Part shown: one piece after another, positions 54,936 to 61,966 of the stretch
How positions within the stretch are numbered: position 1 is the first letter of the stretch
Layout: each line of letters opens with the position of its first letter
Assembly (NCBI GenBank): GCA_035650335.1
Contig: DASRHU010000052.1
Span: forward strand, 17,043 to 81,042
DNA: 64,000 nucleotides
Reading direction: 5' to 3'
Source: Gemmatimonadaceae bacterium
GTDB taxonomy: Bacteria; Gemmatimonadota; Gemmatimonadetes; Gemmatimonadales; Gemmatimonadaceae
The notes under the pieces: generated by a model
What the model saw: the letters and a program-made list of their open reading frames with translations, nothing else
What the model was told of the DNA's origin: nothing
Databases searched by the model: none
Translations under genes and position numbers: made by a program

Positions 54936-55715
54936 TCAGTCGATGCGAATGGTGAGGCCGTCGAACGCCGGGGCAATACCGGCGGGCAGCTCCGCCTCGA
55001 GGTCCGCATGCCGATTGTCGTGCGTCAGGTGCGTCAGGTACGTGCGTTCCGCGCCGAGGTCACGCGCGACTCGCACGGCTTCGGGGATGCTGAGGTGCGT
55101 GGGATGCTCGGTACGAAAGAGCGCGTTGATGACGAGCACGCGCGCGCCTTCCATGCGCGTCATCGCGCGCGGGGGGACGCTCTTCGCATCGGTGATGTAC
55201 GCGAGCGGACCGATCCGATAGCCGTAGACGACGCATGGCCCGTGCGGGACGGACACGGCGATGACATTCACGCCACCAAGCTCGACGGATTCACCGTCAT
55301 CGAGTGGACGCGCCTGCCCCTCCGGTTTGGAGGTGCCGGGTAGCGGACGGATCGTGTCGTCGAAAATGTAGGGGAACCGTCGCGCAAGACGGTCCAGCGT
55401 TTCGCGCGCGCCGTAGATCGGGAGCGCGGCGCCGCGCCGCACGGAGATCGCTCGAAGGTCGTCGATCCCGTGCGTGTGGTCGGCGTGGTCGTGGGTGTAG
55501 AAGACCGCATCGATTCGATCGATGTCGGCCGCGATCAGCTGGGTGCGCAGCTCGGGGGGCGTGTCGATGAGGAGCCGCGTCCCATCATCGGTTTCGACGA
55601 CGGCGCCGACGCGCGTGCGACGATCGCGAGGATCGGGAGAGCGGCACACGTCGCAGTGACACCCGAGCTGCGGCACGCCGAAGCTCGTGCCGGTGCCGAG
55701 GAAGGTCAGCTTCAC
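54936..55715 (-). CDS. MBL-fold metallo-hydrolase (PhnP/GPMB-like)
   Basis: The GTG start overlaps the pyk stop (GTGA). VKLTFLGTGTSFGVPQLGCHCDVC, metal motif FYTHDHADHTHG. Confidence 0.8.
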   Translation of the reverse strand: MKLTFLGTGTSFGVPQLGCHCDVCRSPDPRDRRTRVGAVVETDDGTRLLIDTPPELRTQLIAADIDRIDAVFYTHDHADHTHGIDDLRAISVRRGAALPIYGARETLDRLARRFPYIFDDTIRPLPGTSKPEGQARPLDDGESVELGGVNVIAVSVPHGPCVVYGYRIGPLAYITDAKSVPPRAMTRMEGARVLVINALFRTEHPTHLSIPEAVRVARDLGAERTYLTHLTHDNRHADLEAELPAGIAPAFDGLTIRID

Positions 55716-57184
55716 ACGACTTCGACCTTCATCAGGTTGGTGCTGCCCGGCTGGTCGAAGGGAACGCCCGCCGTCACGACGACGCGCTCCCCGGGCATCG
55801 CGAGCCCGCGTCGGCGCGCGGCCTCGAGGGCGTGCCCGACCATCTTGGTGTAGCTGCCTGACGAGGGAACGAGCTCGGGCTGCACGCCCCACACGAGGGC
55901 GAGCTGGCGGAAGGTGCGCTCGACGTCGGTCACCGCGAGGATGGGGACTTCGGGGCGATGCGATGCGACCACGCGCGCGCTGAAGCCGCTCTTCGTGAAC
56001 ACGATGATGAGCGGCACGGCGAGCATGCGGACCGCGGCCACGGTCGCCGCGGCGATCGCGTCCTCGGTTTCCACGGGACCGTCTGCTCGGCGCAACCGCG
56101 CATGGTCGGTCGCGCGCTGCCGCGGCGCGGGGTGGCTCTCGATCTCGGAGATGATCCTGCTCATCGCGCGCACGGCGAGCTCCGGATACTGCCCGGTGGC
56201 CGTCTCGGCCGACAGCATGACCGCATCGGTACCGTCGAGGATGGCGTTGGCGACGTCGCTGGCTTCGGCGCGGGTGGGTCGCGGATTCTCGATCATCGAC
56301 TCGAGCATCTGCGTCGCGGTGATCACCGGACGTCCCACCGAGTTCGCGAGCGAGATGATGCGCTTCTGGGCGATCGGGACTTCCTCGAACGGCAGCTCCA
56401 CGCCGAGATCGCCGCGCGCGACCATGACGGCGTCGGTCGCGCGCATGATGCTGTCGATGTTCGCGAGCGCCGTATCCTTCTCGATCTTCGCCACGACCAG
56501 GATGTTCCGCGGAATCAGCTTGCGCAGCCCCTGGATGTCCTCGGCGCGCCGGACGAACGACAGCGCGAGGTAGTCGACCTCCTGGGCGACGGCGAAGTCG
56601 ATGTCGGCCCGGTCCTTTTCGGTGATCGAGGGTGCCGACACGTGCACGCCCGGCAGATTGATCCCCTTGTGACTCACGAGTGAACCGCCGTGAACGACCC
56701 GCGCGACCACCCGCGGCGCGTGCTCTTCCATCACCACGAGGTCGAGCAGGCCGTCGTTGATCAGGATGCGATCCCCCACCTTCACGTCGCTCGCCAGCTC
56801 GCCGTACGTCACCGGGATTTCGCCGTTCCTCGCATCCGCTTCCGGCGCGAGAACGATGTCGGTCCCCTCGATGAGCGTGACTGGCGCGGGCAGGTCGCCG
56901 ATGCGGATGCGCGGCCCTTGAAGGTCACCGAGCAGCGCGACCGGCTTCTTCAGCTCCTGCGCGATCGCGCGGACCGCTCGAATGACCTCGGCGTGCTGCT
57001 CGTGCGTCCCGTGCGAGAAGTTGATGCGGGTGACGTTCATCCCCGCCATGATCAGCGTGCGCAGCGCCGCGGGCGACGACGAGGCGGGGCCGATGGTGCA
57101 GACGATCTTGGTGCGGGCGGTGTGACTCGAGGTCGTCGAGGATGTCGAGGTCGTCGAGGTCGTCGAGGGTGCCACGGTGCTCAA
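55712..57184 (-). CDS. pyk: Pyruvate kinase with a repeat-encoded Ser/Thr-rich N-terminal extension
   Basis: RTKIVCTIGPAS, MNVTRINFSHG, GDLGVELP, MLESM. The TTG start at 57184 is preceded by GAGGAG. There is no other in-frame start before the conserved core, so STTSTTSTSSTTSS is translated. Confidence 0.9.
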   Translation of the reverse strand: MSTVAPSTTSTTSTSSTTSSHTARTKIVCTIGPASSSPAALRTLIMAGMNVTRINFSHGTHEQHAEVIRAVRAIAQELKKPVALLGDLQGPRIRIGDLPAPVTLIEGTDIVLAPEADARNGEIPVTYGELASDVKVGDRILINDGLLDLVVMEEHAPRVVARVVHGGSLVSHKGINLPGVHVSAPSITEKDRADIDFAVAQEVDYLALSFVRRAEDIQGLRKLIPRNILVVAKIEKDTALANIDSIMRATDAVMVARGDLGVELPFEEVPIAQKRIISLANSVGRPVITATQMLESMIENPRPTRAEASDVANAILDGTDAVMLSAETATGQYPELAVRAMSRIISEIESHPAPRQRATDHARLRRADGPVETEDAIAAATVAAVRMLAVPLIIVFTKSGFSARVVASHRPEVPILAVTDVERTFRQLALVWGVQPELVPSSGSYTKMVGHALEAARRRGLAMPGERVVVTAGVPFDQPGSTNLMKVEVV

Positions 57185-57239
57185 GGGCTTTTCTCCTCGA
57201 TCACCTTGACGACCTGGACGACCTCGCCCACCTCGACCA
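57124..57239. repeat. Palindromic element: five 9-nt GTCGTCGAG-type units on each arm, bracketing the pyk start codon
   Basis: The left arm (57124-57170: tgactcgag gtcgtcgag gatgtcgag gtcgtcgag gtcgtcgag) lies inside pyk codons. The right arm (57195-57239: cctcgatca ccttgacga cctggacga cctcgccca cctcgacca) abuts the tal stop. Confidence 0.9.
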
Positions 57240-58361
57240 TCACCGCTCCACCACCTTCTGCTCGAGCCGCTCCAGCAGCCCCTCGAACGACTTCTGGAAC
57301 GAGGCCAGACCGTCGACCAGGAGCTTGTCGGTCACGGAGGCGAGCGAGATGCCGAGCGATTCCAGGTCGGCGATCGCCGTGCGCTCGCGCTCGATGTCGG
57401 CATCCACCGTGCGAGCGACGATCCCGTGGTCACGAAACGCCTCGATCGTCGGCGGTGGCATCGTGTCCACCGTGTCGGGACCGATGAGCGCCTCCACGTA
57501 CATCACGTCGCGGTAGGCAGGATTCTTCGTGCTCGTGCTCGCCCACAAGGGACGCTGAACGCGCCCGCCCTTCGCCGCGAGCGCGCGCCATCGGTCGCTC
57601 ACGAATCGCTCCTGGAAGAGCGCGTAGGCGAGCTTCGCGTTGGCGATGGCGATCCGCCCACGAAGGGCGCGGAGCCGCTCGGCATCCGACGCCGACAGAC
57701 TCGTGAGGCGAGCATCGATGCGCTTGTCAACCTCCGTATCGACACGGCTCACGAAGAAGCTCGCCACGGATGCCGCCCGCTCGATCGACTTGCCCTCGCG
57801 GACCCGCTCCTCGAGGCCGCTCATGTAGGCCTCGATGACATCGGCATAGGCATCGAGAGCAAAGAGCAACGTGATGTTCACGTTGATCCCTTCCGCGATG
57901 AGACGCCGGGCGGCCACCGCACCGTCGCGCGTTCCAGGCACCTTGATCATCACGTTCGGGCGATTCACCAGTGACCACAGGCGGCGGGCCTCGGTCAGCG
58001 TCTCCTCGACGTCGTGCGCGGCTCCGGGCGACACTTCGATCGAGACGAAGCCGTCGGCATGCCCGCTCGTCTCGTACACCTCGCGGAAGACATCGCACGC
58101 GTCGCGCACGTCGTCGGTGGCGATCATCTCGAACAGCTCCCACGACGTGTGCGAGGCGGGCGCGGCGGCGAGCTGGTCGTCGTACGCGTCGGACTCGGTC
58201 AGCGCCTTCTCGAAGATCGTGGGGTTGGACGTCATCCCGCTGAGCGCATCACGCTCGATGCGGCGGGAAAGCTCGCCATCGCGAAGCAGCGAGCGATCGA
58301 TGTAGTCGAGCCAGATGGATTGCCCCGCGTCGTGGAGCGCGTGCAGCCGTGTCTTCGCCAT
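57240..58361 (-). CDS. tal: Transaldolase
   Basis: The start is taken at MAKTRLHALHDAGQSIWLDYIDR. GMTSNPTIFEKA, VMIKVPGT (Schiff-base Lys), INVNITLLF. Confidence 0.9.
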   Translation of the reverse strand: MAKTRLHALHDAGQSIWLDYIDRSLLRDGELSRRIERDALSGMTSNPTIFEKALTESDAYDDQLAAAPASHTSWELFEMIATDDVRDACDVFREVYETSGHADGFVSIEVSPGAAHDVEETLTEARRLWSLVNRPNVMIKVPGTRDGAVAARRLIAEGINVNITLLFALDAYADVIEAYMSGLEERVREGKSIERAASVASFFVSRVDTEVDKRIDARLTSLSASDAERLRALRGRIAIANAKLAYALFQERFVSDRWRALAAKGGRVQRPLWASTSTKNPAYRDVMYVEALIGPDTVDTMPPPTIEAFRDHGIVARTVDADIERERTAIADLESLGISLASVTDKLLVDGLASFQKSFEGLLERLEQKVVER

Positions 58362-58536
58362 GACGGTCTCATCGACGGTGTAGGTGCGCGCCGCATCCGG
58401 CGGCGGCGATGTCGACACGAAAGATATCATCCGCTGGCCCCGTCCGCTCGCTTCCCGCCGTTCGCGGCCGCATGCATCATTCAGCGCGTGACAATCCGCG
58501 CGCAATCGCTCTTCATCAGGCCGTGACGGACGCCAC

Positions 58537-59538
58537 ATGCCCCTTGCCGATCACGCGCGAACGATTCGCGACCGCCTTGACGGTGCACTCATCCCCGCCG
58601 TCCCCGTCCCGCGCTTCGCCACCGGGCGGATCCACGCCCGAGCGCAGGAGGCGTACGCCGCCTGGATGAGGAAGCAGCCGGTCGGCGGCGTCGCCGTGTG
58701 GGCGCATACCGGGCGGGGACTGCATCTCGAGCCGGACGTGCGGGCGCAGGTTCTGACCTCGTGGCGAACGGCGCTACCGTCACCAGCCGTTCTCGTCGCG
58801 GGGTGCGGCGTACCCCAGCACACGGGGCCGCTCCCTTCGGAGGCTCGCGCGCGCACGGATGAGGTCATCCGGCGAACGCTCGCCATGGCCGAGGAGGCTC
58901 GCGCAGGCGGAGCCGACGCCCTGCTCGTACACCCTCCCGGCCAGCTCGCCGCTCTTCCCGACGCGTCCGGACGAGTCCTGGCGCTGCACGATGCCCTCGC
59001 GGACGGTGCCCTACCGGTCATCGCGTTTCTCCTCTATCAACGCGCCAGCGGGCTCGAGTACGACGAGCAGCTCCTCGACGAGCTTCTCGCCCTCCCTCAC
59101 GTGGTCGGAGTGAAACTCGCGACGCTGGATTCCGTCATGCGGTTCCAGACGGCGGCGAAGCGTCTCGCGGTCCATCACCCCGAACGCGTGCTCATCACCG
59201 GCGAAGATCGCTTTCTCGGTTACTCCCTCATGATCGGGGCGCGATGCGCCTTGATCGGCATGGGTGCCGCACGACCCGCGATGCAGGCGGCGCTCGTGAA
59301 GGCGGCGGTCACCAACGACGCACCGGAGCTGGTGCGCCTGACGAGACTCTGCGACCAGCTCGCTGCCGCGACGTTCGTCGAGCCGATGGAGGGCTATATT
59401 CGGCGTATGCTGTGGGCGCTTGCGGAAGACGGGATTATTCCCGATGAAGCATGCCATGATCCGCACGGACCCGAGCTCGATCGACGTGAACGCGCCGCCG
59501 TCGCGAGCGCGCTGCGCGCCCTGGACGCCGTCGCATGA
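58537..59538 (+). CDS. Dihydrodipicolinate synthase-family (class I aldolase/lyase) protein
   Basis: 333 aa with a TIM-barrel DapA/NAL-like layout and candidate Schiff-base Lys in HVVGVKLATL. It diverges from bona fide DapA, so substrate specificity is unknown. Confidence 0.75.
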   Translation: MPLADHARTIRDRLDGALIPAVPVPRFATGRIHARAQEAYAAWMRKQPVGGVAVWAHTGRGLHLEPDVRAQVLTSWRTALPSPAVLVAGCGVPQHTGPLPSEARARTDEVIRRTLAMAEEARAGGADALLVHPPGQLAALPDASGRVLALHDALADGALPVIAFLLYQRASGLEYDEQLLDELLALPHVVGVKLATLDSVMRFQTAAKRLAVHHPERVLITGEDRFLGYSLMIGARCALIGMGAARPAMQAALVKAAVTNDAPELVRLTRLCDQLAAATFVEPMEGYIRRMLWALAEDGIIPDEACHDPHGPELDRRERAAVASALRALDAVA

Positions 59539-60758
59539 AGCGAGAGCTTCCCGATCTACCCCCGCTTCCCGATCGAATTCGGCGCCAGCTCGCCGAGGAG
59601 TTCGAAGAACGCGCCGATCAGCCGCTGAGCGCCAACTTTCGCGAGTGGGCACTCGAGCGATGGGGCGTCGACCTGGCGGGACGCTACGCGGGCCGTAAGG
59701 TACGCCTGCCGTTCGGCAAGGCCTCGGGACAGCTCTCCATGACACCGCAGCAGGTCGAGGCGGATGCGCTCGCAGGACTCGGCTTCTCGGTACTGAAGAC
59801 CGTCATCGCGCAGGATACCAGCGGCGATCGCGGGATGGCGGCATGGGCCATTCACGAAACGCACATGCTCGTCGAGCAGATTGCCGACGAGGACGGGACA
59901 ACGGGGTGGACGGTGACCTGGAAGGGTCGCGGATGGGACAAGCCGTTTTCGAGCTACCTGCGCCTGATCAGAGCGGCGATTCCGATCGGCTTGCAACACG
60001 ATATGCCGGTGAGTGTCTCGGTGAAGTACCACCTCCCCGCAACGAGCGACGAGCCGTTTCGCGAGTCGGAGTACCGCTACACCACGCAGGCGATCGCCGC
60101 CGCGTGGCGTGACGCGGCCGGCGTCGGAGCGCCGATCATCGAAAAGGATTTCAGTCCCACGCTGGCCGCCGATCCCCGCGCCGATGATCGTGCGAACGTG
60201 TTGCGGTGGCTGCGCGAGGTTCCCCGCCTCGTGGCCAATGCCGGCGCGGGACCGATCGACCTTGGCATGAAGCTCATGAACGCGCAGTTCGATGACGACT
60301 TTCAGGTCGAAATGCTCGCGACCCTCGAGGATGTCCCGGCAGTTCGCTTTCGTGTCGCCTTCAACCGGCTGTTCGACGTGGAGCGCGGCGTCGCGTACGG
60401 CGGTCCGGCGCTCGCGCGGCGCAACCTGGGCGCACTGGACGCTTTCATCGCCCGCGAAGGCGCCCCACCCGCCGATCTCTGCGCGACCGGGGACATTCAT
60501 TCCGGTCGTCGCATGATCCAGTACGCGCTGCGCGGGGCGCAATGTGGCCAGCTGCACACGTACTTCCAGCTTCCGAGGGCCGCGTATCGCTCGGCGTCGG
60601 CGTCGCGCACGGCGGCAGCACTGCACGAGCTGGTGGTTCACCCCGAGCAGGGGCTCATCGCGTGGATCCTCGCCCTCGGTGAGATGGGCTGGCTCGAGCG
60701 GCGCGACGGCGTGCTGCACTTTCTCGATATCAGCGCCCAGGTTCCCAGTCAGCGTTGA
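59535..60758 (+). CDS. Hypothetical protein, possibly a dihydroorotate-dehydrogenase-like TIM barrel
   Basis: 407 aa. Only weak by-eye resemblance to the DHOD/DPD family (LPFGKASGQL, SVLKTVI, C-terminal ATGDIHSGRRMIQYALRGAQCGQLHT resembling GGI.SG.DA.E.I.AGAS.VQ). ATGA overlap upstream and TTGA overlap downstream. Confidence 0.5.
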   Translation: MKRELPDLPPLPDRIRRQLAEEFEERADQPLSANFREWALERWGVDLAGRYAGRKVRLPFGKASGQLSMTPQQVEADALAGLGFSVLKTVIAQDTSGDRGMAAWAIHETHMLVEQIADEDGTTGWTVTWKGRGWDKPFSSYLRLIRAAIPIGLQHDMPVSVSVKYHLPATSDEPFRESEYRYTTQAIAAAWRDAAGVGAPIIEKDFSPTLAADPRADDRANVLRWLREVPRLVANAGAGPIDLGMKLMNAQFDDDFQVEMLATLEDVPAVRFRVAFNRLFDVERGVAYGGPALARRNLGALDAFIAREGAPPADLCATGDIHSGRRMIQYALRGAQCGQLHTYFQLPRAAYRSASASRTAAALHELVVHPEQGLIAWILALGEMGWLERRDGVLHFLDISAQVPSQR

Positions 60759-61936
60759 CGACCGCGCTGCGGATCGACCGCGCGCGCCTCTGGGAGGTCG
60801 CGCTTCCGCTGACGGTGCCGTTCGCGATCAGCGGAGGCGTCATGCACATTCGCCGATCGCTGATCGTGGAGCTGACGTCGTCCGACGGCGCGATCGGCTT
60901 CGGCGAAAGCGCGCCATTCGAGCTGCCGTTCTACTCATCGGAAACGCTGGAGAGCGTACGGTGGATGCTCGGGAACGTGCTCCTTCCGCGCCTGCTCAAT
61001 CGCACGCTCGCTGCGCCGACCGATGCCGACGCGCTGCTCATGGTTGGCGTGCGGGGCAACCCGTTCGCGCGCGCCGGTGCCGAGACGGCCGTCTGGGACC
61101 TCTTCTGCCATCACGCGCGCGCGTCCTTGCTGGATCTCCTCACGCATGCGCTACGTGATGCCGGTGTCGCGGCTCGCGAGCTTGCGCCGCGTGACCGCAT
61201 CGAGTGCGGGATCGCGCTTGGCATTCCGGACACGGGCGGGGCCCTGACAGTCGAACGGTGGACTCGTGAGGCGCTGTCGCAGGGCTACCGGCGCGTGAAG
61301 ATCAAGATCCGTCCCGGCTGGGACGTCCAGGCGCTCCGAGCGGCCCGGTCCGCGATCGTCGATCACGGACGAGACGTGATGATGTGGGCCGATGCGAACG
61401 CGTCGTACGATCTCGGCCGGGATCTCGACGCGCTACGCGCCGTGGATGAACACGGCTTGCGCTTCATCGAGCAGCCGCTGCAGCACGATGATCTTCTCGA
61501 TCATGCAGCGCTCGCCACACGGCTGCGTACGCCCATCTGCCTCGATGAGTCGCTGCGCGATGCGCGATGGGCGCGTCAAGCGGTGAGTATCGGCGCCTCG
61601 CGGATCTGGAATATCAAGGTCCAGCGACTCGGCGGGCTCACCGAGGCGCTTCGTGTGTACGCGCTCGCCGCGGAGCGTGACGTTGCCCTCTGGGGCGGCA
61701 CGATGCCCGAGACCGGTATCGGCGCTCGGACGATTCTCTCCCTCGGCGCACTTCCCCGCTTCGTTTACCCGAGTGATGTGGAGCCGAGCGAGCGGTGGTA
61801 CTCGGGCGACTCCGATCCCCTGCCGCTCGTCATGGCCGATGACGGCACCATGGCTGTCCCGCGCGAGAAGGGCCTGGCGACGTTAGGCCTCGGGGAGCGC
61901 CTGACGAAGGTCGGGACGGTGGTATGGAGCTCGTGA
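60755..61936 (+). CDS. Enolase-superfamily enzyme, MLE subgroup (o-succinylbenzoate synthase / N-acylamino-acid racemase-like)
   Basis: 393 aa with K-x-K (RRVKIKIRPG), metal ligands DAN (WADANASY), IEQP (LRFIEQPL) and LDES (ICLDESL), and the second catalytic Lys NIKVQRLGG. Confidence 0.85.
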   Translation: MTTALRIDRARLWEVALPLTVPFAISGGVMHIRRSLIVELTSSDGAIGFGESAPFELPFYSSETLESVRWMLGNVLLPRLLNRTLAAPTDADALLMVGVRGNPFARAGAETAVWDLFCHHARASLLDLLTHALRDAGVAARELAPRDRIECGIALGIPDTGGALTVERWTREALSQGYRRVKIKIRPGWDVQALRAARSAIVDHGRDVMMWADANASYDLGRDLDALRAVDEHGLRFIEQPLQHDDLLDHAALATRLRTPICLDESLRDARWARQAVSIGASRIWNIKVQRLGGLTEALRVYALAAERDVALWGGTMPETGIGARTILSLGALPRFVYPSDVEPSERWYSGDSDPLPLVMADDGTMAVPREKGLATLGLGERLTKVGTVVWSS

Positions 61937-61966
61937 GGGGCCTTGCTGCGGCCGTGGGCAACCGCA

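Noticed and set aside
57124-57239. CRISPR array interpretation of the short tandem repeats (also at 41635, 44897, 46934, 23971)
   Set aside because: The units are only 7-9 nt and directly abut each other with no unique spacers. They are arranged as inverted arms, and no cas genes are present in the window.
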